A stretch of 64,000 nt of DNA, from NCBI GenBank assembly GCA_045580625.1, contig JAZNOE010000013.1, positions 66,913-130,912 of the forward strand, written 5' to 3'. The notes below the pieces were generated by a model. That model saw nothing but the letters and a program-made list of their open reading frames with translations, searched no databases and was not told the origin of the DNA. This stretch comes from Acutalibacteraceae bacterium (GTDB lineage: Bacteria > Bacillota > Clostridia > Oscillospirales > Acutalibacteraceae). A program made the position numbers and the translations under genes. Shown in pieces: positions 36,818-48,388 of the stretch; the stretch's first letter is position 1, and each line of letters opens with the position of its first letter.

Positions 36818-37597
36818 ATGTCGAATTTAAAGGTTATTACAAGTAAAGATAATCCGCTTATCAAGCTCGTTTGCAGTTTGCAGTCTTCAGCTAAAGCCCG
36901 CAAAAACGAGGGGCTTTTTGTGCTTGAAGGGCTTCGCATTTGTGAAGATGCGTGCGACAATTCAATAAGGTTTGATAAACTGATTATCTCAAAAACCGCG
37001 GGTGAAAAGTATGCTGATTTGCTTTCAAAGTTCTTTAGCAATGCTGATGAAATTTTTGAAATTCCCGACAGCCTTTTTACAAAAATAAGTGATACTTCTT
37101 CACCGCAGGGTATAATTGCGCTTGTTAAAACCCCGTCACTTTCGCCTGATATTTCACCAAAGGGAAGATATATCGCCCTCGAAAATCTTAACGACCCATC
37201 AAATCTTGGGGCAATTTCTCGAACTGCCGAAGCACTTGGTGTCAGCGGTATTATCTTATCTAAAGACAGTGTTGACCCATATTCACCAAAATCACTTCGT
37301 GCTTCAATGGGCACACTTTTGAGAATGCCCGTCATCGTTTTGAATGATTTTGTCAATGACATTAAGGCATCTGGTCTTAAGACCTTCGCTTGTGTTGTTG
37401 ACAGCAATGCAAAATCAATAACTGATATTGAATTTTCTGACGGCTGTGCGTTGATTATAGGTAATGAGGCGAATGGTCTTACTGATGTAGCAAAGCGAGA
37501 ATCGGATATACAGATAACCATACCTATGACAGGTAAGGCTGAATCGCTTAATGCGGCAACCGCTGCAGCAATTTCAATGTGGGAAATGATGAAATAA
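36818..37597 (+). CDS. TrmH/SpoU-family RNA 2'-O-methyltransferase
   Basis: SpoU methylase motifs (NLNDPSNLGAISRTAEALG, LIIGNEANGL, ESLNAATAAAI). Confidence 0.85.
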   Translation: MSNLKVITSKDNPLIKLVCSLQSSAKARKNEGLFVLEGLRICEDACDNSIRFDKLIISKTAGEKYADLLSKFFSNADEIFEIPDSLFTKISDTSSPQGIIALVKTPSLSPDISPKGRYIALENLNDPSNLGAISRTAEALGVSGIILSKDSVDPYSPKSLRASMGTLLRMPVIVLNDFVNDIKASGLKTFACVVDSNAKSITDIEFSDGCALIIGNEANGLTDVAKRESDIQITIPMTGKAESLNAATAAAISMWEMMK

Positions 37598-38712
37598 TGG
37601 AATATTATATCTGGCTTCAGTTATGTCTTACACAGGGTAACCGTTTTGTTGCGCGCGTGCTTGAAGCTTTTCCGTCTGCAAAAGCAGTGTTTGAAAGTGA
37701 TGAAGACACTCGCAGAAAATTTTTGCCTAAAAGTGTTTATGAAAAGCTTGATAACAGCCGCATTAGCGAAGCAAAGGCAATTTTGGAAAAATGCAAAAGT
37801 GACGGTATTGAATTAATTCATTATCACAACCGCAATTTTCCTGAGCTTTTGCGACAAATTGATAATCCACCGGTTGTGCTTTACGTTAAGGGTAAAATGC
37901 CCGATTTCGATAATTTACCTTCAATTTGTATCGTTGGTCCGCGAAGTGTCAGTGATTACGGGAAAAAGGCGGCATATTCACTCGGCTACCGCCTTGCAAG
38001 GGCAGGCTTTATTGTAGTCAGCGGCGGTGCAGTCGGAAGTGATACCTATGCGCATCTCGGCGCGCTTAAAGGTGAAGGCACAACTGTTTTAATTATGGCT
38101 TGCGGCTTTTCAGTGTCTTATCTTGAAGAAAATCGTGCTCTGCGTGAGACTATTGCAAAAAGCGGATGCCTTATAAGTGAATATCCGCCTGACGTTAAGG
38201 TTAATAAATACACCTTTCAGGTTAGAAACCGTCTTATGTCGGGTCTTTCTCTTGGAACAATTTTGGTTGAGGCAGGTCGCAGAAGCGGTGCGCTTATTAC
38301 TGCAAATCATGCCGCTTCGCAGGACAGGGATGTTTTTGTAATTCCGGGTATGCCTAATATGAAGCAATATCTCGGTTCAAATGCGCTTTTGCGCGATGGT
38401 GCAAAGCCGCTTTTAGACACGTCGGACATATTTAACGAATATATTTCGCGTTTTGCCGATAAAATTGATATCGAAAAAGCATATAAAGCGCTCCCAAAAC
38501 CCGAAAAAGTTAAAAATAATAAAAAAATATTGAATGTAAGTCTTTCAAATCAGGCAAAAATAGTGTATAATTGTTTAGATAAGCAAAAATTTTATCCCGA
38601 TGATTTAAATTCGGGTTTATCACCGTCTGATTTGCTTTCAGCATTGACTGAGCTTGAGATGGAATTTATTATTCGTGCGCTCCCGGGTGGGCAGTACGAA
38701 ATCTGCAAATAA
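37597..38712 (+). CDS. dprA: DNA-processing protein DprA (Smf)
   Basis: Rossmann-like DprA core (VSGGAVGSDTYAH, RNRLMSGLS) with a C-terminal winged-helix-like tail. The ATG overlaps the upstream stop codon by 1 nt. Confidence 0.88.
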   Translation: MEYYIWLQLCLTQGNRFVARVLEAFPSAKAVFESDEDTRRKFLPKSVYEKLDNSRISEAKAILEKCKSDGIELIHYHNRNFPELLRQIDNPPVVLYVKGKMPDFDNLPSICIVGPRSVSDYGKKAAYSLGYRLARAGFIVVSGGAVGSDTYAHLGALKGEGTTVLIMACGFSVSYLEENRALRETIAKSGCLISEYPPDVKVNKYTFQVRNRLMSGLSLGTILVEAGRRSGALITANHAASQDRDVFVIPGMPNMKQYLGSNALLRDGAKPLLDTSDIFNEYISRFADKIDIEKAYKALPKPEKVKNNKKILNVSLSNQAKIVYNCLDKQKFYPDDLNSGLSPSDLLSALTELEMEFIIRALPGGQYEICK

Positions 38713-38728
38713 GTATCGGAGGAATAAT

Positions 38729-40810
38729 ATGTCAAAGCTTTTGATAGTTGAGTCACCAACCAAGGTGAAAAGTATTAAAAAGTATTTGGGCTCGGAATAT
38801 ACGGTTATGGCGTCCCAAGGTCATATCCGCGATTTACCCAAGTCTAAATTTGGTATTGATGTTAATAAAGGCTTTATGCCTGAATATATAAATATGGCTG
38901 ACAAGAAGGAACTTATAAAATCACTAAAATCCGCCGCGGCGGCAAGTGATGAAGTTTTCCTTGCAACCGACCCTGACCGTGAGGGTGAAGCAATTTCCTG
39001 GCATTTGGCACAGATATTGGCGCTTAACCTTAATGATGCAAACCGTGTAACCTTTAATGAAATTACCAAAAGCGGTGTTCAGGCAGGTATTAAAGCACCA
39101 AGAAAAATTGATATGGACCTTGTTGATGCACAGCAGGCCCGTCGCGTGCTTGACAGAATTGTTGGCTATAAATTAAGTCCATTTTTGTGGAAAAAGGTTA
39201 AAAGCGGTTTGTCAGCAGGTCGTGTGCAGACCGTTGCTTTACGTTTAATTGTTGAACGCGAAAAGGAAATTGAAAAATTTGTTGAGCAGGAATATTGGAC
39301 GGTTGATGCAAAGCTTGCAGTAAGCCGCAAAACCTTTATTGCAAAGCTTTACGGCGATAAAAACGGTAAGATAGATATTATCCCCGATAAGGCTGCTGCT
39401 GATAAAATTCTTTCGGACCTTGAAAATGCGGTATACACCGTTTCGAATATCAAGAAGGGCAAGCGTAATCGTCAGCCCGCACCGCCATTTAACACATCAA
39501 CACTTCAGCAGGAAGCATCGCGTAAGCTTGGCTTTACCGCACAGCGCACTATGCGTATTGCGCAACAGCTTTATGAAGGCGTTGACGTATCAGGTCTTGG
39601 CACAATGGGTCTTATCACCTACATGCGTACCGACTCGCTTCGTATTTCTGAAGAGGCAAGGGCTGCAGGTAATAAGTACATTGTTGATAATTACGGCAGT
39701 AAGTATTTACCTTCAAGTCCGCGTTATTATAAAACAAAAAGCGGCGCGCAGGATGCTCACGAGGCTATCAGACCGACTGTTGCAGATTTAAAGCCTGATG
39801 ATATCAAGGGTTCACTTACAAGCGAACAGTATAAGCTTTATAAGCTTATTTGGGAACGCTTTATTGCTTCCCTTATGGCGGCTTGCGTGCAGGATACGGT
39901 TAACGTTGATATCACTGCAAACGATTATCTCTTTAAAGCAAGCGGATATTCTGTTCGTTTTGACGGTTATACCGCACTTTACGTTGAGGGTCGCGATGAT
40001 GAGGAAGAGCAGGAAAGCTCACTTCCCGATATGAATGAAGGCGATGTGTTAAAGCTTCGTGACCTTACGGGTAACCAGCATTTCACACAACCGCCCGCAA
40101 GATATACCGAACCTACACTTATTAAAGCATTGGATGAAAACGGCATTGGCCGTCCTTCAACCTATGCGCCTATTCTTTCAAACATTCTCGGCCGTGATTA
40201 TATTGAACGTGTTAAGAAGTTCTTAAAGCCGACCGAGCTTGGTAAGGTTGTATCAGACCTTATGGTGCAGTATTTTAATAAGATTTTTGAAATTAAATTC
40301 ACTGCCGGTTTGGAAGAACAGCTTGATAAAATCGGTGCAGGCGAGCTTGAGTGGACTAATACCATTGAAGAATTTTATAAAGATTTCAACACACTTTACA
40401 CTAAGGCTGAAAGCTCGTTAAACGGCAAAAAGGTTAAGGTGCCCGACATAGAAAGTGACGTTGTCTGTGAAAAATGCGGCAGAAAAATGGTTGTAAAATC
40501 AAGCCGTTTTGGCAAATTCCTGGCTTGTCCGGGTTATCCCGAATGTAAAAACACAAAGCCCGTACCTGAGGATGAAATCACACAGCCTTGCCCTAAATGT
40601 GGTGCAAAGCTTGTAAAGCGCGTTTCTAAAAAGGGCAATAAATTTTATGGTTGCTCTAATTATCCACAGTGTGATTTTGCTTCTCCCGGTATCCCGACGG
40701 GTGATAAATGTACCGAATGCGGCAGTTATATTATAAGCGGTATGAAGGGCAAAAAGTATTGCATGAATTCCGAATGTAAAAGCCGCGCAAAAACCAAAAA
40801 GGAAAAATAA
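38729..40810 (+). CDS. topA: DNA topoisomerase I
   Basis: Toprim domain LLIVESPTK, active-site Tyr context ITYMRTDS, and three C-terminal C4 zinc ribbons. ATG at 38729 after GGAGG. Confidence 0.96.
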   Translation: MSKLLIVESPTKVKSIKKYLGSEYTVMASQGHIRDLPKSKFGIDVNKGFMPEYINMADKKELIKSLKSAAAASDEVFLATDPDREGEAISWHLAQILALNLNDANRVTFNEITKSGVQAGIKAPRKIDMDLVDAQQARRVLDRIVGYKLSPFLWKKVKSGLSAGRVQTVALRLIVEREKEIEKFVEQEYWTVDAKLAVSRKTFIAKLYGDKNGKIDIIPDKAAADKILSDLENAVYTVSNIKKGKRNRQPAPPFNTSTLQQEASRKLGFTAQRTMRIAQQLYEGVDVSGLGTMGLITYMRTDSLRISEEARAAGNKYIVDNYGSKYLPSSPRYYKTKSGAQDAHEAIRPTVADLKPDDIKGSLTSEQYKLYKLIWERFIASLMAACVQDTVNVDITANDYLFKASGYSVRFDGYTALYVEGRDDEEEQESSLPDMNEGDVLKLRDLTGNQHFTQPPARYTEPTLIKALDENGIGRPSTYAPILSNILGRDYIERVKKFLKPTELGKVVSDLMVQYFNKIFEIKFTAGLEEQLDKIGAGELEWTNTIEEFYKDFNTLYTKAESSLNGKKVKVPDIESDVVCEKCGRKMVVKSSRFGKFLACPGYPECKNTKPVPEDEITQPCPKCGAKLVKRVSKKGNKFYGCSNYPQCDFASPGIPTGDKCTECGSYIISGMKGKKYCMNSECKSRAKTKKEK

Positions 40811-40812
40811 TA

Positions 40813-42114
40813 ATGAAACAAATTAACGTTATCGGCGCAGGTCTTGCAGGCTGCGAAGCGGCATACATTGCCGCAAATAAGGGTGTAAAAGTTAACCTTT
40901 ATGAAATGAAGCCACAAAGAAAAACACCTGCACACAAAAACGATAACTTTGCCGAGCTTGTATGCTCTAATTCACTTAAAGCTTCACGCGTTGATTCGGC
41001 CGCCGGTCTTTTAAAAGAAGAAATGCGCCGTTTTTCATCCCTTTGTCTTGAAGCCGCTGACAGTTGTTCTGTTGCGGCAGGCGGGGCTTTGGCAGTTGAC
41101 CGTGAGCTTTTTGCAGAATATATTACCGAAAAGGTGAAAAACCACCCGAATATTACGGTTATTAATGATGTCGTTACCGAAATACCATCCGAAGGCATTA
41201 CTGTTATTGCAACAGGTCCTTTGACCGACGATGCACTTGCAGATAATATTGCAAAGCTTTGCGAAGGTGGTAATTTAAGCTTTTACGATGCCGCCGCACC
41301 GATAGTTACAAAAGACAGTCTTGACTTTACAAAGGTGTTTTACGGTGCGCGTTACGGTAAGGGCGGGGATGATTATATCAACTGCCCTATGAATAAGGAA
41401 GAATATATAGTTTTTTATAACGAGCTTATTAATGCCGAATCTGCCCCAATTCACGAATTTGACAAGCAGCCCAATGTTTATGAAGGCTGTATGCCGATAG
41501 AAATTCTTGCAAAAAGGGGAGAAGATTCTATTCGCTTCGGTCCCTTAAAGCCTGTAGGTCTTCGTGACCCAAGAACAGACCACAGACCTTGGGCGGTGGT
41601 TCAGCTTCGCGCCGAAAATCGTGAAGGCACGTTATATAATCTTGTCGGTTTTCAGACTAATCTAAAATTCCCCGAACAAAAGCGAGTTTTTTCGCTTATA
41701 CCGGGGCTTGAAAATGCTGAATTTATGCGTTTTGGCGTTATGCACCGCAATTCATTTATCAATTCACCTAAAATTTTGAATACTGACTTATCGCTTAAAG
41801 AAAAACCAAACGTATTCTTTGCGGGTCAGCTTTCGGGTGTTGAAGGTTATATGGAATCTGCGGCAAGCGGAATTATCGCAGGACTTAATGCGGTTGCAAG
41901 ACTTAACGGAACAGAGCCTGTTATTTTACCGAAATTTACAATGATAGGCGCGCTACTTGGCTATATCACTGATGAAACTGTGGTTAATTTTCAGCCAATG
42001 GGCGCAAATTTTGGAATTATACCCGAGCTTTTACCCCATATCAGAGATAAACGCGAAAGATATATGGCGCTCGCTCAGCGTTCACTTTCGTGGTTTAATG
42101 AAAAGGAGTTTTAA
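40813..42114 (+). CDS. trmFO: Methylenetetrahydrofolate--tRNA-(uracil54-C5)-methyltransferase TrmFO
   Basis: FAD motif VIGAGLAGCEAA with Gid/TrmFO-like sequence. The dprA-topA-trmFO order matches Bacillus. Confidence 0.92.
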   Translation: MKQINVIGAGLAGCEAAYIAANKGVKVNLYEMKPQRKTPAHKNDNFAELVCSNSLKASRVDSAAGLLKEEMRRFSSLCLEAADSCSVAAGGALAVDRELFAEYITEKVKNHPNITVINDVVTEIPSEGITVIATGPLTDDALADNIAKLCEGGNLSFYDAAAPIVTKDSLDFTKVFYGARYGKGGDDYINCPMNKEEYIVFYNELINAESAPIHEFDKQPNVYEGCMPIEILAKRGEDSIRFGPLKPVGLRDPRTDHRPWAVVQLRAENREGTLYNLVGFQTNLKFPEQKRVFSLIPGLENAEFMRFGVMHRNSFINSPKILNTDLSLKEKPNVFFAGQLSGVEGYMESAASGIIAGLNAVARLNGTEPVILPKFTMIGALLGYITDETVVNFQPMGANFGIIPELLPHIRDKRERYMALAQRSLSWFNEKEF

Positions 42115-42116
42115 AA

Positions 42117-43115
42117 ATGCGTATTGTTGTTGATGCATTTGGCGGCGATAATGCCCCGCTTGAAATAGTTAAAGGCGCTTCAATTGCTTCAATTGAAAAT
42201 GAAATTGAAATCACCCTTACAGGTAATAAGAGGCTAATCGAAAAGGTAATTGATGAAAATAAATTAAAATTCTTCGGTCAGCTTATCATTATTCACACCG
42301 AAGATGTTATTGATATGCATGCTGAACCCACAAGCCTTTTAAAGGCACATAAGGAATCTTCAATGGCGCTTGCCTTTAAAGAACTTGCCGAAGACAGGGC
42401 AGATGCTTTTGTATCAGCGGGCTCGACAGGTGCGGTTGTTGTCGGCGGTACCTTTATTGTTAAAAGAATAAAGGGTATTAAGCGCCCTGCTTTAGCCGGA
42501 ATGATACCTTCACCCGACGGCCATTATATGCTTTTGGATATGGGTGCTAACGCTGAATGTCGCCCCGAAATGCTATGTCAGTTTGGTATAATGGCATCTG
42601 CATATCTCAAGGGTGTTGAAGGTAAAGAAAACCCTACCATCGGTCTTCTTAATATTGGCACTGAAGACACCAAGGGCGGAGAGCTTCAGAAGGAAGCTTA
42701 TAAGCTTTTAAGTGAAGCTCCCATTAATTTTGCAGGTAACGTTGAATCGCGTGAAATGCCGAAAGGTGTTGTTGATGCAGTTGTTACCGACGGCTTTACT
42801 GGTAATATCGCCTTAAAGCTTATTGAAGGCACTGCAATGACCTTCTTTAAATTGGTTAAAAACGCTCTTTATAAGAGCTTGAAAAATAAGCTTGCGGCTT
42901 TGGTTATTAAGAAGGATTTATATTCTTTGAAGAGTATGATGGACTCGTCTGAGGTTGGCGGTGCGCCCCTTTTGGGTGTAAGAAAGCCTGTTATTAAAGC
43001 ACACGGCAACTCTGATGCAAAGGCAATTAAAAATGCCATTAAGCAGGCTGTGTTATTTACACAAAATAACGTAATTGAAAATATTACAAAATCTTTAGAA
43101 GAAGTAAACGAATAA
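42117..43115 (+). CDS. plsX: Phosphate acyltransferase PlsX
   Basis: MRIVVDAFGGDNAP N-terminus; full-length PlsX-like. Confidence 0.93.
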   Translation: MRIVVDAFGGDNAPLEIVKGASIASIENEIEITLTGNKRLIEKVIDENKLKFFGQLIIIHTEDVIDMHAEPTSLLKAHKESSMALAFKELAEDRADAFVSAGSTGAVVVGGTFIVKRIKGIKRPALAGMIPSPDGHYMLLDMGANAECRPEMLCQFGIMASAYLKGVEGKENPTIGLLNIGTEDTKGGELQKEAYKLLSEAPINFAGNVESREMPKGVVDAVVTDGFTGNIALKLIEGTAMTFFKLVKNALYKSLKNKLAALVIKKDLYSLKSMMDSSEVGGAPLLGVRKPVIKAHGNSDAKAIKNAIKQAVLFTQNNVIENITKSLEEVNE

Positions 43116-43129
43116 AGGATATTTTAAAA

Positions 43130-43810
43130 ATGGAAGTTTTACAAAATAAACTTGATTACAAATTTAATAATGTAAAGCTTTTGGAAAATGCGCTTAACCA
43201 TTCTTCATACGCTAATGAAGTGCGCGGCGGTGTAACCTCAAATGAGCGTCTTGAATTTTTGGGTGACTCGGTGCTTTCGGTAATTGTTGCAAGCTATTTG
43301 TTTGACAATTTTAAGGCAATTCCCGAAGGTGAGCTTACAAAGCTTCGTGCATCCTTAGTTTGCGAAAAATCGCTTTGTGCCTTTTCGCGCGAAATTGGTC
43401 TTGGTGAATTTTTGCGACTTGGCAAGGGTGAAGAAAAGGGTGGCGGACGTGAGAGAGATTCTATTCTCGCCGATGCTTTTGAAGCTGTGCTTGCGGCAAT
43501 TTATCTTGATGGCGGTATGGATGAAGCAAGACGTTTTGTTTTGCGCTTTGTTTTACCCGAGCTTGAGCACAGGGATGATGAAGTTTTTAAAGATTATAAA
43601 ACCGCTTTGCAGGAAATTATTCAGCGCAACCCCGAAGAAAACGTAACCTATCACTTGACAGGTGAAAGTGGTCCCGACCATGATAAAATTTTTGAAGTGG
43701 AAGTGCATCTTAATTCAAACGTAATTGGCTGCGGTAAGGGTAAAAGCAAAAAGCAGGCCGAACAAATGGCTGCAAAGGAAGCACTTGAGCTTATGGGTGC
43801 TAAGATATGA
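43130..43810 (+). CDS. rnc: Ribonuclease III
   Basis: RNase III signature ERLEFLGDSVL plus a C-terminal dsRBD. Confidence 0.95.
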   Translation: MEVLQNKLDYKFNNVKLLENALNHSSYANEVRGGVTSNERLEFLGDSVLSVIVASYLFDNFKAIPEGELTKLRASLVCEKSLCAFSREIGLGEFLRLGKGEEKGGGRERDSILADAFEAVLAAIYLDGGMDEARRFVLRFVLPELEHRDDEVFKDYKTALQEIIQRNPEENVTYHLTGESGPDHDKIFEVEVHLNSNVIGCGKGKSKKQAEQMAAKEALELMGAKI

Positions 43811-44805
43811 GCAAGACCCATTCAAATATATCAGTTTTTGTGCCGCATATCGGTTGCCCGAATAAATGCAGCTTTTGTGACCAGCGTTATATCACAGGCA
43901 CCTGTAAAGCCCCGCATCCCGAAGATGTTGAATCGGCTGTGAAGGCTGCAATTTCTTCGAAAAATTATGACCCGAAGACAACTGAAATTGCATTTTTCGG
44001 CGGAAGCTTTACCGCAATTAACCGTGGTTATATGGAAACGCTTTTGGAAACTGCATCCGATTATGTAAACGTTGGTATTGTTTCAGGAATAAGAATTTCT
44101 ACCCGCCCCGATGCAATCGATGATGAGATTTTAATGCTTTTAAAATCCTACGGTGTTACCGCAATTGAGCTGGGCGCACAGTCACTTAATGACCGCGTGC
44201 TTAAAATGAACAACCGCGGTCATACCGCAAAGGATGTTGAAAAAGCTGCTATGCTTATTAAAAAGCATGGGTTTGAGCTTGGTCTTCAGATAATGACCGG
44301 TCTTTATATGGATGATAACGATTCGGCACTTCGTACTGTGCAAAGAATAATTGAAATTGCGCCCGATACGGTGAGAATTTATCCCACAATTGTTTTAAAG
44401 GGTACCGATTTAGAAGCCCTTTATCTTGATAATATTTACCAGCCGCAGTCTTTAGGCGACGCTGTAAAGCTCGCAAGTAAGCTTTATTTAAAGCTCACCC
44501 GTGCGGGTATTCGCGTTATAAGGCTTGGTCTTCATTCAATTGAAGAAGGCTCTTACGTGGCAGGTCCGTGGCATCCTGCTTTTGCTGAACTTTGTTATTC
44601 ACAAATAATGCTTACAAAGGTGCTTGGCTGCCTTTTTACCGAAGGGAAATACGTTATTTTTGTTAACCCGAAAAGCATTTCAAAAATGACGGGACAAAGA
44701 AAAAGTAATTTATTATTTCTTAAAAAACGAGGCTTTGACTGTAAGGTTATGCCCGATGATAGTTTAGAAGATTTAGATTTCAGAATAGAAAGGGAAGTGT
44801 TATAA
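43807..44805 (+). CDS. Radical SAM protein (ELP3/MiaB-like fold, function unknown)
   Basis: CPNKCSFC CxxxCxxC motif near the N-terminus. Overlaps the rnc stop codon by 4 nt. Confidence 0.75.
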   Translation: MSKTHSNISVFVPHIGCPNKCSFCDQRYITGTCKAPHPEDVESAVKAAISSKNYDPKTTEIAFFGGSFTAINRGYMETLLETASDYVNVGIVSGIRISTRPDAIDDEILMLLKSYGVTAIELGAQSLNDRVLKMNNRGHTAKDVEKAAMLIKKHGFELGLQIMTGLYMDDNDSALRTVQRIIEIAPDTVRIYPTIVLKGTDLEALYLDNIYQPQSLGDAVKLASKLYLKLTRAGIRVIRLGLHSIEEGSYVAGPWHPAFAELCYSQIMLTKVLGCLFTEGKYVIFVNPKSISKMTGQRKSNLLFLKKRGFDCKVMPDDSLEDLDFRIEREVL

Positions 44806-47800
44806 ATGCTGTTAAGCTCGATTGAGATTCAAGGCTTTAAATCTTTTGCAGATAAAACGGTTTTGAAATTCGGCAAGGGTATAACTGCAGTTGTAGGTCC
44901 TAACGGAAGCGGTAAAAGTAACATTTCCGATGCTGTGCGTTGGGTTTTAGGTGAGCAATCAACCAAAAGCCTACGCGGTCAGTCAATGGAAGACGTTATT
45001 TTCGGCGGTACAGAAACACGCCGTCCTCACGGCTTTTGTGAGGTAACCCTTAATATTAATAATACCGACCGTTCTTTAAATTTTGATAACGATTTTGTTT
45101 CAATTACCCGCAGATATTACCGTTCACACGAAAGCGAATACGCTATTAACAACGTGTCTGTCCGCCTTAAAGATATACACGAGCTGTTTATGGACACGGG
45201 TCTTGGCCGTGACGGTTATTCAATGATAGGTCAGGGTAAAATTGATAATATCATCAGCTCAAAATCTAACGAACGACGGGATATTTTTGAAGAAGCTGCA
45301 GGTATTTCAAAATACCGTTACCGCAAGCTTGAAGCTGAAAGAAAGCTTGCCGCCGCGCAGGACAACCTTTTAAGACTTCATGACATTGTTGATGAACTTG
45401 AAGCGCGCGTTGGTCCTTTGGAGGAGCAAAGTAAAAAGGCTGAAAAGTTTTTAAAACTCGCTGAAGAAAAGAAGGAACTTGAAATCGGTCTTTGGCTTCA
45501 CACCCTTAATAACTCTAAAGAGGCGTTAAGAAACCAGGAAAGCAAAATTATGGTGGCTCAGGCGCAGTATAAGGAAATTGAGCAAATGCTTGAAGACTTT
45601 GACCGTAAGACCGAGCAGAATACATCACTTTTTGCAAAGCTTACTTCAGACATTGAAGGTGAAAGACTTAATATTTCATCAATTAATGAAGATATTGTTA
45701 AATCTAACGGTGTAATTACTGTTTTGAATAACGATATTTTGCATAACGAAGAAAGTATTGCGAGATTAACCGAAGAAAAGCTTGCGCTTTCTAATTCTGA
45801 CAGCGATGCTTTGGCTGAAATTGAAGCCAAAAATAAAAGTGCTGTTGAAATGGAAATTAAAAAGGCTGAGCTTGAAGATAAGCTTCATTCGCTTGAATCA
45901 CAGCTTAATGAATTATTGTCTGAAACCGATACAAACAGCCGCAAGATAGAAAACGAAATCCGTGCGCTTAATACTTTAACCGCAAAGGCTTCTGATATGC
46001 GCGTAAAGCTTGTTACTGCTGAAACGGCTATCGGAGAAATTGAAGCCCGCCGCGGTGTTTCGGTTGACCTTATTTCTTCAAGAGAAAAGGAAATTGAAAA
46101 TTTAAACGGTGAATTCAGTGAAATTGAAAAGCTTTTAAATGAAATTGAAGAAAATATTGAAGGCTATAACAATTCGCTTAAGGGCTATCAGCTTCGCCAT
46201 GATTCAAGGGCGCAGTCGGTTGATAAATTAAAGCAAGAGCTTGATACCGTTAATCTTGATATAGAAGCCAAAAACCGTCGCGTGCAGATTCTTCGCGATT
46301 TGCAGAATAATATGGACGGCTTTGCGCATTCGGTAAAATTTGTTGTTTCAAAGGCTGAAACAGGTCTTTTGCGCGGTATTTGCGGTCCCGTTTCATCACT
46401 TATTACGGTTGAAAGCCAATATTCACTTGCAATTGAAACTGCACTTAATAATGCAATTCAAAACATTATTACCGAAACCGAAGCAGATGCAAAAGCCGCT
46501 ATAAATTTCCTAAAAAACAATAAGGCAGGTCGTGCAACCTTCTTGCCCGTGCAAACCATTAAAGCGCGTGAATTTAAAGAACATGGCTTTGAGGATATGC
46601 TCGGTTACGTAGGCATTGCAAGTGAGCTTGTTAAAAATGATAAAAAGTATGATGAAATAGTTAAGTATCTTTTGGGTGCGTGTGTTGTTGCCGAGGATAT
46701 TGACTGTGCCGTTACTATTGCCAAAAAATTTGGTTACAGAATAAAGATTGTAACTTTAGACGGTCAGGTTGTAAGCCCCGGCGGCTCACTGACAGGTGGT
46801 TCTGTAATTAAAAATTCAGGTATTTTAAGCCGCGGTAATGATATTATCAACATTGAAAATGAGATTAATGACCTTAAAGCAAATGGCGAAAGCCTTTCTA
46901 AACAGCTTGCTGATGCTCAAAATTCTTTGGCTGAGGTTGAAGCTGATATTACTGCATTAAAGGCTGATATCTTAAATGCAAATGAAGATAAAATTCGTGC
47001 CGTTGCCGAGCTTAAGCGTATTGGTGATATTCGCGAAAGTGTTAAATTATCACTTAAGGAGCTTAATAATGAGCAAGCCTTAGGTAATCAAAAGCTTGAA
47101 GAATTAAAGGCTACATCGGTTGAAGCCGCAAAGGAAATTTCATTAATTGAAAGTGAAAAAGCCGAAATTCAGGCTAAAATTGATGAAATGTCGGGTGCTA
47201 GGGATAGCCTTAACACCGTTCGTGAAGGTCTTGCGAATGACATTACCGAGCTTAAGCTTTCTGTAATTGAGGTTCAAAAGGATATTGAGTCCTTAAAGTC
47301 ACAGGCAGTAAGCCTTGAAGAGCTTGTTAAGGACCGTGCTAAACGTTCTCTTACAATTGACAGCGAAATTGCCGCTTTACAGTTCAAAAATGACAATTTA
47401 AAGGCTGAAATTCAGTCGGTAAATGACAGCATTGGTGATGCGGGTGCAAAAATTGCACAAAGCGAAAAGAATATTACAGAGCTTATTGAAAAACGTAATC
47501 AGACCGAAAAATTTGGTGTTGAGCTTCGCAGCAGTGAACGTGAAAACACCATGAAACGTGAACAGATAGGCGGCGAGCTTGCCCGTCTTACCGAACGTAA
47601 AGAGGTTATGATGCGTGAATATGACGACGTTATCAGAAGGCTTTATGATGAATATGAGCTTACCCGCAGTGAGGCCGAAAAAATCGGTATTGAGATTGAA
47701 AATCCCACAGCGGCTAAAAAGAATCTTGTTGAAATTAAAAACAAGATTCGTTCACTCGGTCACGTTAACGTTGCCGCAATTGAAGAATTTAAAGAAGTCA

Positions 47801-48387
47801 GTGAAAGATATACTTTCCTTTCGGCACAGGTTGAAGACGTTGAGGCTTCGCGTGCACAGCTACAGAAGCTTATTAATCAGTTAACCTCTCAAATGCAGGA
47901 AATCTTTACCGAAGGCTTTGAAAAAATCAGTCAGAACTTCACTAAAACCTTTACCGAGCTTTTTGGTGGCGGTACTGCAAGCCTTTCACTTTCTGACCCC
48001 GAAAATATTCTTGAAAGCGGCATTGACATTAACGTTAAATTGCCCGGTAAAAACGTTCCCAGTCTTGATGGGTTGTCGGGTGGTGAAAAGGCACTTATTG
48101 CCCTTTCAATTTACTTTGCAATTATGCGTGTGAGTGCGCCGCCGTTCTGCTTCTTGGATGAAGTTGACACCGCGCTTGATGACATTAACGTTGAACGCTT
48201 TGCCGATTATATGCGCTCGTCTGACTTTAATACCCAGTTCATTTGCGTTACACACCGCCGCGGCACAATGGAAGCCGCAGATATGCTTTACGGTGTAACA
48301 ATGCAGGAAAAGGGTATTACGAAGCTTTTAGAACTTAACGTTTCCGAGCTTGAAAAGAAATTACTTCTCGATAATCAAGGTGCATAA
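44806..48387 (+). CDS. smc: Chromosome segregation protein SMC
   Basis: Walker [10 protein letters not shown], long coiled coils with a hinge, the signature LSGGEKAL and the Walker B motif FCFLDEVD. Confidence 0.97.
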   Translation: MLLSSIEIQGFKSFADKTVLKFGKGITAVVGPNGSGKSNISDAVRWVLGEQSTKSLRGQSMEDVIFGGTETRRPHGFCEVTLNINNTDRSLNFDNDFVSITRRYYRSHESEYAINNVSVRLKDIHELFMDTGLGRDGYSMIGQGKIDNIISSKSNERRDIFEEAAGISKYRYRKLEAERKLAAAQDNLLRLHDIVDELEARVGPLEEQSKKAEKFLKLAEEKKELEIGLWLHTLNNSKEALRNQESKIMVAQAQYKEIEQMLEDFDRKTEQNTSLFAKLTSDIEGERLNISSINEDIVKSNGVITVLNNDILHNEESIARLTEEKLALSNSDSDALAEIEAKNKSAVEMEIKKAELEDKLHSLESQLNELLSETDTNSRKIENEIRALNTLTAKASDMRVKLVTAETAIGEIEARRGVSVDLISSREKEIENLNGEFSEIEKLLNEIEENIEGYNNSLKGYQLRHDSRAQSVDKLKQELDTVNLDIEAKNRRVQILRDLQNNMDGFAHSVKFVVSKAETGLLRGICGPVSSLITVESQYSLAIETALNNAIQNIITETEADAKAAINFLKNNKAGRATFLPVQTIKAREFKEHGFEDMLGYVGIASELVKNDKKYDEIVKYLLGACVVAEDIDCAVTIAKKFGYRIKIVTLDGQVVSPGGSLTGGSVIKNSGILSRGNDIINIENEINDLKANGESLSKQLADAQNSLAEVEADITALKADILNANEDKIRAVAELKRIGDIRESVKLSLKELNNEQALGNQKLEELKATSVEAAKEISLIESEKAEIQAKIDEMSGARDSLNTVREGLANDITELKLSVIEVQKDIESLKSQAVSLEELVKDRAKRSLTIDSEIAALQFKNDNLKAEIQSVNDSIGDAGAKIAQSEKNITELIEKRNQTEKFGVELRSSERENTMKREQIGGELARLTERKEVMMREYDDVIRRLYDEYELTRSEAEKIGIEIENPTAAKKNLVEIKNKIRSLGHVNVAAIEEFKEVSERYTFLSAQVEDVEASRAQLQKLINQLTSQMQEIFTEGFEKISQNFTKTFTELFGGGTASLSLSDPENILESGIDINVKLPGKNVPSLDGLSGGEKALIALSIYFAIMRVSAPPFCFLDEVDTALDDINVERFADYMRSSDFNTQFICVTHRRGTMEAADMLYGVTMQEKGITKLLELNVSELEKKLLLDNQGA

Positions 48388-48388
48388 T

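Noticed and set aside
36802-37521. 239-aa ORF on the minus strand
   Set aside because: It is entirely antisense to the well-supported TrmH-family methyltransferase gene. It has a Ser/Leu-rich low-complexity translation, no RBS and no recognisable motif, so I treat it as a shadow ORF.
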